Shown in pieces: positions 1 through 13,319 of a stretch of 64,000 nucleotides of DNA (position 1 is the first letter of the stretch; every line of letters starts with the position of its first letter). The notes beneath the pieces were generated by a model. The model worked only from the letters and a program-made list of their open reading frames with translations. It had not been told where the DNA came from and ran no database searches. Origin of the DNA: Eledone cirrhosa (taxonomy: Eukaryota). The stretch is taken from positions 87,544,001-87,608,000 of the forward strand of contig OZ024742.1 of assembly GCA_964016885.1 (NCBI GenBank). Reading direction: 5' to 3'. A program made the position numbers and the translations under genes.

Positions 1-109
1 TGATACTGTACGTCTGTATACATATATGTATGTACGTATACATACATACTTACATTTAAGTAAGTGCCGTACTAAGAGTGAGAAATTAAATTTCGTTTCA
101 TTCTATTCA

Positions 110-149
<40 letters not shown>

Positions 150-1065
150 ATATATATATATATAAACTGCATCTGTATTACTCTGTGGTTCCAATTATCT
201 CCCTGACGTGTGTGTGTGTATATATATATGTGTGTTTGTCTCTTTGCCTGTATGTCTGTCTGTCTGTTTATGCGTGTGAGCACGCGAATGTTTGTATGCT
301 CGAATGTATGTGTCTGTGTGTATGTAAGCAGTGCATGGGATGGAAGTGGGGTGTGCTTGTGAATATATACAACGTTTTACGTACAAAGGGAGCTCATATA
401 AAAATGTGAAATAGATTTGTATTTATTATGTAGAACAACCACAATTTCTCTGTTGTCTGTATTATGGAATAGGGCAATTAAATCTCAAGAAACGATAGAA
501 AGAAACGATTCCCCGATCTAATATCTGCATACATAGTAAGCTGTAGGATGTATACATAACTGAGACGTCTCTGCTCACCTTAGTATCCATCACTGTAGAT
601 TTCTCAGATTTGAATTGTATAGGTTTTCAATTATAATATTTATAATATATAATCTGCGTGACACACATTTTCTGTAGTTTTGTTTAGTTGTGTCCTAGAA
701 TTTCCAGCGACGTATCTCCTCTTATATTGCACAGCTGTCTCGCTATATCGTGGATAATACTAGCTCCTTATTTTAATCTACAATTAAACTACTTGTGTTC
801 TATTTGAATCTAACGGATTATAATTGTTACAATTTGTTCGATTTACAATTATAAAGAGAATTATTTATGTAGTTTTCCTTGGCAAACAGTTTCACGTAAG
901 GTTTGACTGCGGCGTCATATAATGTCCAACAGCATCTTGCTACGTGGATCATGTTCTTATAAGAATGTTGCATGATCTATATAATATTTCGTTTCCTATT
1001 CGCTCGTACTTGTGTTAGTGTACTGTTAATATATTTATACACACACACACACAAACACGCACCCG

Positions 1066-1099
<34 letters not shown>

Positions 1100-1113
1100 C
1101 ACACACACATACT

Positions 1114-1856
<743 letters not shown>

Positions 1857-1869
1857 CCCCCCCCCCCCC

Positions 1870-2775
1870 GCCTCCAGAGCCCAAAACACTGGGGAGATCA
1901 GGCGGCTGTTTGAAGAACTGCATATTAAGACAGAGCCCTTCACCAGAGGGGAGTTTTAGAGAGCCAAGAAGAAGATCGAGGAAGGCAAAGCCAATGGAGA
2001 ATATGGAGTGTCATCAGAGGTGTTGAAGAGGTGTGATTTTGATGATATCATCCTTGGGTTCTGTAACCAGGCACCGGAGAAGGGAGTTGCCCCGAATTAG
2101 TGAAGGATCAGCAACATCGTCCCAGTGCCAAATAAGGGAGATCCCTCTAGCACCAGCAACTACAGGGGAATCTCACTGGCGTCACTTGTGGAAAAGACCC
2201 TCAACAGGATGATTCTTAACAGGATCGAGCCCGATATTGAGATGAAGCTCAGTGACAACTAGAACGGCTTCAGAGAGGGAGGATCAACCACCAGTCAAAG
2301 CCAGATGCTGGGGAGGATATTAGAGGGAGCTAGAGCAAAGTGTTTCTGCGGTCATGGTTTTCATTGACTTTAGGAAGGCCTGATGAAAATCTTACAGGCT
2401 TATGGAATCCCCAAGAAGATAGTCCACCTGATATCACTGCTCGTCACCAACAACAAATCCCAAGTCATTACAACTGATTGGATGACAGAGTTCTTTGAGA
2501 TACTTGCTGGTGTGCTCCAGGGAGATACATTGGCTCCCTACCTTTTTATCATCGTAGTGGACTATGGTATACGCCTTGCACTGGAGAAACACCATGACTC
2601 TGGCTTTACTGTAGCACCGGCTCAGAGCCGGAGAATTAAGGCGAAACAGATATCGGATGCTGAATTTTCCGACGACATAGTTTTGTTGACAAATAGAATG
2701 AAGGAGGCAGAGGATTTGATGCAGGAATTTGAGACTGTGTCGATAAGTGTGGAACTGAGAATGAATGAGATTAAG

Positions 2776-2779
<4 letters not shown>
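1870..2779 (+). mobile_element. RTE-clade LINE, RT-domain segment inverted relative to 1216-1856; degenerate
   Basis: NYRGISL, VFIDFRKA, GVLQGDTLAPYLF and FSDD RT motifs, with stops and frameshifts. Confidence 0.85.
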
Positions 2780-2821
<42 letters not shown>

Positions 2822-2822
<1 letters not shown>

Positions 2823-3508
2823 ACCCTTTATTCTATTCATGATGTTCCAATTCACTGTTCTCATACGGAGGTATCAGCTCCTCCAGAATATATATAACTA
2901 TTGCTGCTGACCGTTTGACAATATCTGGTCTTCGACGGTACATGTTCATGAGTCTGGGATATTTATTACGACAGTGTTTGTGATATGCAAGCCCCTTTTT
3001 ATCCAAGCAGATTCGGTCCAAGTACACATTTGTGTGCTGATACATGATTGAATCCATTACATTGCTTGCCTTCTGTTAAGAATATTAAAGCTGAATCATT
3101 GGATTCGTGTTGCATTTTTCCACGATTGACCGCGTTTAACCTTCTCACACTCTGTTGTACATCCCCGTCTATTGGCAAGAGCTATTTACATGAACTTAGA
3201 ACGTCGTCTATGATCTGCGGTATACCGTTTCATATAAAGTATATATGAACCTCTTATTTCTCCCATTTTACAAGGTTGTTCTTCGTTGGAAGCAAGTCGT
3301 ATGTTGCTTGTATTATGAACTTCAATCTGAGTGGTGCCATCAACCATACGTCGTTTGACGTAAGCGATATTTGCAATTCGTTCACTGACACAGATGGGAC
3401 AGCACAGCTGCTTTCGTGTACTTATTTGTTCTTCCCATTCCTCAGTTCCTGAAACATCAGGTCATGTTTGTCCTTACCTGTAGCTGCTGATCGGCTTTGT
3501 AGTTTGGA
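2822..3508 (-). mobile_element. HERO/NeSL-like (R2 superfamily, restriction-like endonuclease) LINE remnant
   Basis: Minus-strand translation VWLMAPLRLKFIIQATYDLLPTKNNLVKW...VLSSCK, then RRPDIV...LEELIPPYE (PD..E motif); flanked by (TA)n. Confidence 0.6.
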
Positions 3509-3529
3509 ATATATATATATATATATATA

Positions 3530-3720
3530 ATATAGAAGAGGTTCTACAGGACTAGAACTATTTCATTCGTGAGAAATCATCAGGGATTCCTGATGATTTC
3601 TCAAGGATAAAACAGTTCTAATCCTGTAGAAGTTCTTCTATATTAAAACGTTTATACTCTGCTATGTATTGAGTACCTTACTTACTGTTGTTACCTCCGA
3701 TTCAACCCAGAATAACACAT
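3530..3720. repeat. Spacerless foldback of a PLE-type 3' end carrying a hammerhead-like core (family A)
   Basis: About 3530-3584 is the reverse complement of about 3587-3644; the arms read CTGATGA-tttc..aat-GAAA-like. Same family as 7995-8622. Confidence 0.7.
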
Positions 3721-3734
3721 ATACATATATATAT

Positions 3735-3917
3735 AACGAAGGAAATGTGGTAGGAAGCAGATGGACCATAACGCACCAGAGTACTCAATACTTAGGGTAG
3801 TTGAGTGGGTAATAGGAACGAGTAGGACCCCGACGGCTAAGCTTAAGCCGTTTCGACGGCTACATCAGAATTAGCCGTCGAAACGGCTTGAGCTCAGCCG
3901 TCGGGATCCTACTCGCT

Positions 3918-3920
<3 letters not shown>
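3735..3920. repeat. Foldback of a repeat 3' end (family B)
   Basis: About 3813-3862 is inverted to about 3870-3921; homologous to 14310-15155, 11270-11320 and 49977-50010. Confidence 0.7.
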
Positions 3921-3969
<49 letters not shown>

Positions 3970-4046
3970 TATATATGTAAAATGAGATTAATATTTATTT
4001 TTATTTATTTAAACATTATTTGAATCTTACTTAATCCACTTATCTC

Positions 4047-4110
<64 letters not shown>

Positions 4111-4143
4111 TCTGCCATCGGGTTCAAACATTTTCCTATATAC

Positions 4144-4252
<109 letters not shown>

Positions 4253-5129
4253 TATATTTAACTGTATTACATGTGTGTATTTCAAAGTGTAGCATTTATG
4301 CAATCCAGTCATACAATTTCATATTGCACTGACGTTGCAAACAGCTGGTGGCAATTGCGATTTACTATCATCACAACGATGGTTATCATGCCCGCCTCAG
4401 AATAACGTTATAAAATAAATGTCCCTTCCGGTTTCATAGTGTTAACAGGAATATAGGCAAATTCTTTCTAACTCTAATAGATAGGAATGTCAACCTCGGC
4501 TCTGGTTATTCGAACAGATTTTTATATATATCCTAAACCATTCGCAATAAATTTTAAATCACACTTTACCGGCAAACCACACCATTGTGCACTTAAAAAA
4601 CTGTTAACCCGCCTCCGTGACCAAGCATATAAAATTGAATCCGTTGCAAATTGAACAGATATATTTCGACCATAAAACAGCTACACATCCTTACACTTAC
4701 ATAAATATAAGCGGTTTTCACAGGCGTAGGAAACATTTCAATTCACATAGTGTATCGTGTATTATGTTTTATCGATACGTATTGTATATATACTCTAAAT
4801 CATCCAAAGTATAATATGTTGTTTGCTTTACTGTGAATCATCCACGATTTCTATCGGATATATGTCACCATTCAAATACAAGAGACAAAGCCTTCTGTGT
4901 TTGAAAAGAAACCACACACAAATCATTTCACAACTGACCTTTAATAAGTAAATGATTTTGTTCCAATTCACATCACAGAATCCAGAAACATGTAATGTTG
5001 TCGGTTCTTGTTACATTTATATGGTTTCTGCTTCCACCACCGATGGGATTGTATTAAACTGTTTTTAAGTAGATGGAATTCCTCTGTGAAATCGATGATA
5101 GCGTTTTGCACCTTTGCTTTAGAAAGAAT

Positions 5130-5263
5130 AATTGTTTCTACTTTTGGCACAAGGCCAGCAAATAACCAGTGCATTACTGGTACTTTATTTTATCTACCCC
5201 GTAAGGATGAAATGCAGAGTTAACCTCGACAGGATTTGAGCTCAGAATGGGAAGGGCCGTAAC
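5130..5263 (-). mobile_element. tRNA-derived SINE with a Meta-like central domain (5'-truncated)
   Basis: Minus strand reads ctgagctcaaatcc (B-box-like) then tttcatccttacggggtagataaaataaagtaccag; further copies at 41380, 41570, 46030 and 51295. Confidence 0.75.
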
Positions 5264-5741
5264 ATTAGAAAAAATAATGATTGATAGTAGTGTTTAGTGG
5301 AAACAAGACAAATCTCTTGGAACTATAGCCATAGGTTCTGTACAAAATTATCTTGGAAAATACTCATAAAAAGCATGCCCTAATAATCACAGAAATCTAT
5401 GATCATATGCTATTTTCTAAAGCAAAGCTATAACTGTTCATGCATTATATTATAAATGTATATAAACGTATTGTTGATATTAAATGTAGATATGTATAAA
5501 CGACCATAGTTTATTTTAGCCTAATATTGTGCAATAACGTTTTTAATTATTCTTATATATATATATGTGTATCATATGATATCCAATTATATTTATCACG
5601 TGAGTATTAGAAAAACAACTTTCAAAAGTTATAATTATCTTGTATACGTAATTCCCATAAATAGAAAAATAAATTAATAGATGAATTCCATGTTTTCTAG
5701 ATTGTTATCAAATTATATCCAATACACGTCTCTCTTTACAG

Positions 5742-5768
5742 CATCTGGTGAACCAGAGCAAAATCCAG
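5742..5768 (+). CDS. 27-nt coding microexon of the Sushi/CCP-repeat gene (xSGEPEQNP, phase 1-1)
   Basis: Acceptor tctctctttacag, donor CAG|gtaagt. Open in phase 1; its last G joins AT of the exon at 15295 to give the Asp of DCKYPG. Confidence 0.65.
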
Positions 5769-6184
5769 GTAAGTGAATACCCCATAATCAAAACATTAGT
5801 AAATATCAAATAGAACTGGAAAATATATGATATTAAAACATCAAATATTGTTTGGAGTTTCGCATTTCAAACTATAATGACATTTTTGACAAAAGTAATC
5901 CCAGCCTTACTTTCAAAGAACATTGATCAGAAATGAAATTGTTGGTGTATATTTTATTTGTTCTGAAGCGATATAAAATGTAATTAAGTTTGTTTTCTCA
6001 TCTGATCTTAGAATGTCGGAAGGTGACATAGTGAATATATGCAACCATTTATATGTGGAATACACATTGGAAATTGAATATGTTGTTGCGAGTTATGTTA
6101 TGCATACTGATCGGTTAGCTATAATTTGTCAAATGGTGTTACTTTAAACGTAACAATAATCCTATAGAATGACACTTCCCAATA

Positions 6185-6560
<376 letters not shown>

Positions 6561-6581
6561 ATATATATATATATATATACA

Positions 6582-6842
6582 AAAGTCAGCTCAAAAGTGA
6601 CACAGAGGAGACTGAGGTTGGCTGGACATGCTCACCGACATCCAGAGTTGACATTGCACTCAGTGCCCCTTTGGGAGCCCCTACATGGACACACTAGAAG
6701 AGGAAGACCAAGGTTAACATATGTTGATGCCCTAAGGACAGACACTGGTCTGTTGGAGATGCAGGATATGCAAGCGATAATGAGGGACAGAGACCACTGG
6801 AGAGAACTCGTCCATGGATCTCGGGAATTTTACCCGCCTTAG
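6582..6842 (+). mobile_element. RTE-clade LINE 3' fragment, same family as 1216-1856
   Basis: RRLRLAGHAHRHPE...RRGRPRLTYVD...MRDRDHWR; homologous to the reverse complement of 1216-1470. Confidence 0.85.
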
Positions 6843-6877
6843 ATAGATAGATATATATACATATATATATAGACACG

Positions 6878-6946
<69 letters not shown>

Positions 6947-6950
<4 letters not shown>

Positions 6951-7770
6951 CTACAATAGTTAGTTCACCATTGCAGAGAACTGTTTGACCATATTCAGCT
7001 CATCAGCTTGGTTTAAGTGATCGTGTACGGAAAAGGAAGCACAACTCTACGATTACGCATATGAAATCACAGTCACTTCCCAAAGTGGAGGTAAACCCGC
7101 GATAGGTCGATGAGGGAGATAACTGCGGATGCTCAGAGTAATTATGGAATATTCATGTTATTCAGTCCAGAATATCATAAATTATTTATGTTAGTTAATG
7201 TGGAGCTTTTACCTAAGTAATAGGTGTTTCCATACGTATGGATAACCCGAAAACTATTCATTACTTGCATTTAGACAGAGCTATTACGCACCGTCTCAGG
7301 ATATTGATTATTTCCTCAATGAACAGCCCATAAGATGGATTCCCATTTCCGTATGGCTAGGCTTAGTAATAATTTCACATTGGATCGCTTAATCCACGCC
7401 TGTGTCATTGGAAACGTCTTGTGGGCTGTGCATTGAAGAAAGAATCAATATCCTATGAAATATAATAGGTATTGTCTAAATTCAAGGAATACACTTTTTT
7501 GCGTTGTCCAAACGTTTTTTCCCCGTCATCGATCTACCGTGGGTGCACAACGCCTTTGGGAAGTGACTGGTTCTCCACATGCGTATTCGTACAGTTTTTA
7601 TTCTATTTTCCATATAACCTCATTTAAACCGAGCTGATGAGTCGAATATAGTGAAACAATTCTTCTGGGTAATGGTGACCTAAATGTTGTGGAACTACCT
7701 TCTACATAACTTGTCCCGTGCATTGAGTGCTCTACTCCTACGGATATAACCCACCAGTGGTCTACCATAA
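6947..7770. mobile_element. Tail-out inverted pair of two diverged Naiad-like PLE 3' ends (family C)
   Basis: The left arm (minus) and right arm (plus, tgtgggctgtgcattgaagaa = CGLCIEE) both resemble 32830-33220; each has a gCTGATGAg core (about 7005 minus, 7634 plus). Confidence 0.65.
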
Positions 7771-7802
7771 ATATATACATATATAAATATATATATATAT
7801 AT

Positions 7803-7960
7803 AGTAATAATAATAAATTTGAAGACTAAAATCCAAAGAGGGCTCGATAAGGATAAATATATATCAAATATATAAGAACGGTAGAGCAAATATTTATTAA
7901 AACAACAGATTAAAGTTTAAGCATAGAATCGCTGCTTTCACCCTTAACGGGATCTTCTGA

Positions 7961-7963
<3 letters not shown>
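7803..7963 (-). repeat. PLE-type 3' end with a variant hammerhead (family D)
   Basis: Reverse complement of 12487-12560 plus a terminal segment also seen at 24078, 41765 and 43383. Confidence 0.65.
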
Positions 7964-7994
<31 letters not shown>

Positions 7995-7995
<1 letters not shown>

Positions 7996-8622
7996 TACGT
8001 TATTCCAGGTTGAATCGGAGGTAACCAGAGTAAGTAAGGTACTCAATACATAGCAGAGTATACAAGTTTAAATATAGATGATATTCTATAGGACTAGAAC
8101 TGTTTCATTCTTTAGAAATCATGAGGAATCTGGCTGTCAAAAATAAATGTTGTGGTATTTATATCTTTTCAGGTGGTAGGAGAGGGTGGGGAGTGAGATG
8201 GGTGGGGGTCATTGGTTGAAAGAAAAAGGAATTCATTAAAAGCTAATTCTTTAAGGCTATAATTTATATTTAGAGTGACAAAGGCAGAAATAATTCTATA
8301 AACAAGTTCAAATTGGGGTGCCACTCCTTATTTTTAAGTTTCTCTTAAGCTAACAATGTCTATATTTCAGGTGTCTATAAGATGGTTGGGGATCGGTCAT
8401 GGTTGATGGATTTAAAGAAAAGGGGAATTCTTTAAAAGCTAATTCTTTAAAGCTCTACTTAGAGTAACAAAGTCCAAGATAATTATCCACCCACTCCCCA
8501 CCGTCTCCTGCCACCTGAAAATATATAAATACCACAACACGTATTTTGGAAAGCCAGATTCCTGGTGATTTCTAAAGAATGAAACAGTTCTAGTCCTGTA
8601 GAATCTCATCTATATTAAAACT
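7995..8622. repeat. Family A foldback with an internal partial tandem copy
   Basis: About 8068-8205 is inverted to about 8487-8620; about 8200-8295 is repeated directly at about 8380-8480. Confidence 0.7.
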
Positions 8623-8729
8623 ATATTTATATATATATATATGCAAAACTTCTATTTAAATTGTTGGGATACAACAAGTAAATATTTTTATAACTGATAT
8701 AAAGCACTCGACAATTATTTGGAGTAGAT

Positions 8730-9760
8730 ATACGATATTAACAATTGGAAACTATATTTATAAAAGGATATTTATTTCATTATACATATTTCAAGGATAA
8801 CAAGTTAAATTATGGTATGCCTTCATCAGACAAAATACAATATATATCAGTTTTACAAATAAGCATTGACGTACCCTTTCAAAATGCGACCATTACTTTT
8901 GGAGGACATCAGGATAGTGGTTTGTTTATATTATTTTAGTAAGTCGTAGTGTTAAGGATAAGTACAAAAGACGGAGAGAGAGAGAAAAGCGTGGAGACAA
9001 AACAGGGAGAGAGAGAAAAGCGTGGAGAAAAAGGGAGAGATAAATAAAGAAAAAGAGGAAAGAAAATAAGAAAAAAGAAAAAAAATAAGAAAACAGAGGA
9101 AAGCAACAGAGAGATATCAAACCATCATTCTCTAGCAATATACATTTTGTGAGGTTTAAATTCCAATTTTTAGTATATTGATCTCAATTTTTAAACTAAA
9201 TATCTAATCATAATTAAAAATAATTAATTTCTCATATTTATTCCATTCATGAATATTGATATTTCTAATTTTATTTATTCATTTCATCTCATTTGTTAAC
9301 TCAACTTAATATGACATGACTTAAGGTTTTCGTTCTCTCCCCCTCTCTCTTGAGCTTTTTCTCTCTGTCTGATGGTTTGATATCTCTCTGTTGCTTTCCT
9401 CTGTTTTCTTTTTTTTTCTTCTTTTCTTTCCTCTTTTTCTTTATTTATATCTCCCTTTTTCTCCACACTTCTCTCTCTCTCTCCGTTTTGTCTCCACGCT
9501 TTTCTCTCTCTCTCCGTCTTGTGTACTTATCCGTAACACTACGACTTACTAAAATAATATAAACAAACCACTATCCTGATATCCTCCAAAAGTAATGGTC
9601 GCATTTTGAAAGGGTACGTCAATGCTTATTTGTAAAACTGATATATATTGTATTTTGTCTGATGAAGGCATACCATAATTTAACTTGGTATCCTTGAAAT
9701 ATGTATAATGAAATAAATATGGTTTTATAAATATAGTTTCCATTTGTTAATATCGTATAT
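8730..9760. repeat. Foldback with about 390-bp arms (family E pLTR-like), a hammerhead in each arm
   Basis: About 8733-9128 is inverted to about 9371-9757. The ORF track gives near-identical mirrored translations (8745+ vs 9743-, 9138- vs 9350+). Confidence 0.9.
9651..9715 (+). ncRNA. Type I hammerhead ribozyme-like motif with intact core (family E)
   Basis: tattttgt-CTGATGA-agg(c)atacca..tggtatcct(t)-GAAA-tatgta-TA-atgaaata. Stems I, II and a short III pair. Mirrored copy at 8773-8837 (-); degenerate copy at 13471. Confidence 0.65.
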
Positions 9761-9774
9761 ATATATTTATTTAT

Positions 9775-10145
9775 GTATTAAAATAACAGATTAAAGTTTA
9801 AGCAAAGAATCGCTGCTTTCACCCTTAACGGGATCTTCTGAAACTAACAAATTCAATCTGTGAACGCTGATGTGAATGTTTCAAAAACGATGCAACCGGA
9901 GGAAGACATGAAGACGATACGTTGGTTCGTGCGAACGTTCCCTGGCAAAGAACGGGAAAAAACGAATATAATACGTCATTATTTGGAGCGGTGAAAAACG
10001 ATTAAATGCAAAGACAAAACCACGTTTATGGTATAAAAGGACTCGTAGGTGGTTCATAGAGAGGTTCTTTGGCAATTAACGTAAAAAACGAAGACAATAC
10101 GTCATATATGGAGCGGGGAGAACAATTGCAAGCAAAGACAAAAAC
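9775..10145 (-). repeat. Family D pLTR-like arm, inverted partner of 12165-12560
   Basis: About 370 bp of clear reverse-complement similarity, including the hammerhead-like motif. Confidence 0.8.
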
Positions 10146-10146
10146 C

Positions 10147-10177
<31 letters not shown>

Positions 10178-10389
10178 AATAAATAAATACACAAGCACAA
10201 TAACAACAAACATATACACACACACTGATAAAGTAAGCTATAATAAATAACCAATACACAGTCTCCCAAACACGAACACACATCAAACAAAACACTATAC
10301 ACTCATGAAAACACATGCACAAAGAAGACAATATATAAATAAATAAATAAATAAATAAATAAACAGACTAAATAAAGATGGCGTAAGCA

Positions 10390-10658
10390 TACAATAAAAC
10401 GGGAGGAAACATAATACACCACTGACGATGTTGCAGATGTGCAACGAAATAACTTTTGTAGACTATATACATGTGTTTGTGTATATATTGTATCTGTACT
10501 TTTGAGCGTCGGTCAGTCAATTGTAAAATTGAGGACCGATTAAATTAAATTAACCGATATAAAAGACACAGAAGCGAAAACCAACCAAACAGTGAGTGTG
10601 TTCTGTGTTATCAATTCTGGCAATATTATTACACAAATATGACCCTCCCCAACTATAT

Positions 10659-10660
<2 letters not shown>
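10390..10660 (+). repeat. Repeat family F with a hammerhead-like half core; inverted homologue at 13720-13960
   Basis: CTGACGA-t-gttgca-gatg-tgcaac-GAAA at 10422-10449. Stems I and III are not evident. Confidence 0.55.
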
Positions 10661-10736
<76 letters not shown>

Positions 10737-10806
10737 ACATATATATATATATGAAAGAGGAAAAATGAGAAAATTATAAAACTTAACTTAATTACTAAAA
10801 TTTAAA

Positions 10807-10885
10807 TCCAACTAATTAGTTTCTGAAAGGGAATTAATATGGTTTCCAAATGTAAAGCACGGAGAAGCCATTTCGTCATCAGGAA
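10807..10885 (-). ncRNA. Type I hammerhead-like motif (family G)
   Basis: Minus strand: ttc-CTGATGA-cgaaa...tttca-GAAA-ctaattag-TT-gga; palindromic stem III, U at position 17, weak stem I. Confidence 0.45.
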
Positions 10886-11173
10886 GTCGTTTTCAGCTAA
10901 GATCCCAGGCGATGCGTGAACACAGGGAACTTATACAAACAAAATTCAGTGGATGGAAAGAAGCAAGCGTTGACTAAATTCCAAGACATTGAAAAAATCA
11001 CTGCCTATTTGGTCGGTGGCAAATTCAAAAGAATCAATCACGTGGCATAGAGGTTAACCAATTAGAAGTGGGGGTGTTAAAAAGACAGTGGCCAAGCTAA
11101 TACTATGCACTATAGTAGTAATCTTGGCAAATTTTTGCTCAACAAAATAATTTGGAGATAATCATAAGGATCC

Positions 11174-11212
<39 letters not shown>

Positions 11213-11231
11213 TTTGGTGCGTAATATATCC

Positions 11232-11272
<41 letters not shown>

Positions 11273-11316
11273 TTTTGTGCGTTATGGTCCACCTGGTTCC
11301 TTACCACATTTCCTTC

Positions 11317-11364
<48 letters not shown>

Positions 11365-11430
11365 TTGAAATAAAATGAAAACGAAATTTCATTTCTCACT
11401 CTTAGTACGGCAATTACTTATATATATTTG

Positions 11431-11612
<182 letters not shown>

Positions 11613-11624
11613 AAAAGAGGATCG

Positions 11625-11831
11625 ATCGACTTTCGTCAAATCGGACCGAGGAAACAATGTTTCCGTCGGTCTTTCCAGTTGCTAGTAATATCTATCGGTC
11701 GCAACTCCAGGTAGAAGGAACAACGTGAAATAAAGTGGCTTGCCCAAGGACATAACACATCGCCCGGTCCACGAATCGAACTCACAACCTCAAGATTTTG
11801 AATCCAATTCTCTAACCAATCAGCCACACGC
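11625..11831 (-). mobile_element. tRNA-derived SINE (second family)
   Basis: Minus strand has A box tggctgattgg and B box gttcgattc, then tgtccttgggcaagccactt, a conserved SINE-core-like motif. Confidence 0.75.
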
Positions 11832-12020
11832 CAACAAACACGACCATGGGACAGGTTGCACTGGGATACATGTTACCAGGAGCACTAACTGGTGACCTGA
11901 CCATAGTTTTCAAGTCGCTGGCTCGACTAATAAGTGACACCCGTTCACCGCATCCGTTCGGGGTTCTCCTACATAGATATAAAGTAGTGGCCGTACTCGA
12001 AAACGAGTTGGCAGCCACCA
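11832..12020 (-). repeat. Copy of the left end of the 12595-13322 element, fused to the SINE head
   Basis: Reverse complement of about 12595-12785. Confidence 0.8.
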
Positions 12021-12024
12021 TATT

Positions 12025-12101
<77 letters not shown>

Positions 12102-12164
12102 CTCTGTAGCGGAGATTCATTTGGTCTCCTAGTTAGAATTTTAGTCTACGATTTCTGCTATACC

Positions 12165-12553
12165 ATTTACGTTGTTTTGTCTTTGCGTGCTATTGTTCTC
12201 CACTCTCCACATATTACTTATTATCTTCGTTTTTTCGTTCATTGCCAGAGAACGTCTCTATGCACCACCTAAGGGAACATTAGTCTACGACCTCTTTTAT
12301 ACCATAAACGTGGTTTTGTCTTTGCGCGTAATTGTTTTTCACCGCTCCTATTAATGACGTATTATTCGTTTTTTCCCGTTCTTTGCCAGCGAACGATACC
12401 ATGAACCAAAGTATCGTCTTCCTGTCTTCCTCCGGTTGCAACGTTTTTTGAAATATCCAGTTCTGCGTTTACAGATTGACTTTGTTAGTTTCAGAAGATC
12501 CCGTTAAGGGTGAAAGCAGCGATTCTTTGCTTAAACTTTAATCTGTTATTTTA

Positions 12554-12560
<7 letters not shown>
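12165..12560 (+). repeat. Family D pLTR-like arm with a variant hammerhead at 12487-12537
   Basis: agttt-CAGAAGA-t-ccc-gttaa-ggg-t-GAAA-gca..tgc-TT-aaact; all three stems pair. Confidence 0.7.
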
Positions 12561-12594
<34 letters not shown>

Positions 12595-12597
<3 letters not shown>

Positions 12598-13319
12598 TGG
12601 CTGCCAACTCGTTTTCGAGTACGGCCACTACTTTATATCCATATAGGAGAACCCCTACCGATGCGCTGAACGAGTGTCACTTTTTAGTCCAGCCAGCGAC
12701 TTGACAACTTTGGTCAGGTCACCAGTTGGTCCTACTGGTAACATGTATCCCAGTGCAACCTGTCTCATGGTCGTGTTTGTTGGCGGATAAACTGGCAACC
12801 CCACCAAGTTTTCTAGGTGAGGAGGGTGACTTTGGACATCCTGCAGGACTAAAAACAAATTATGTCAAAGGGCAAAGGAGCTCTTAAGAGTCAAAGGCCA
12901 TCCAAAATCACCGGGAGAGATGACCCCTTAGCCTTTGTCAAGGCAGAATTCTAGGAGAAGGAAAACTCTGATATAACACCTGCAACCCTGATGGTATCCA
13001 ATGATGTTGACTTGTTCTTCTTTTTGGTAAATATCATATTGTTTAAGAGGGTGGGACTGGCTTTGTGCAGTGCCTTTGCTCACTATAAAAGCTTCACGGC
13101 ACAGGCATTGCTTTATATCTGGAGATCTCTCTGAACTTGTCGTCACATGGTACTATGGGCCCAGCACTATGTGTCAATAATTGTCACAAGCGTAGTGTTT
13201 GTACGAGAGTTTTCAAGTCGCTGGCAGGACTAAAATGTCACACTCGTTGAGCACATCGGTAGGGGTTCTCCTACATGGATATACAGTAGTGGTTGTACTC
13301 GAAAACGAGTTGGCAGCCA

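Noticed and set aside
11760-11831. tRNA gene
   Set aside because: A and B boxes are present, but it runs into a SINE body and lacks a clean cloverleaf.
12745-12860. HDV-like ribozyme in the putative RTE leader
   Set aside because: A convincing P1/P1.1/P2/P3 nested pseudoknot could not be built by eye.
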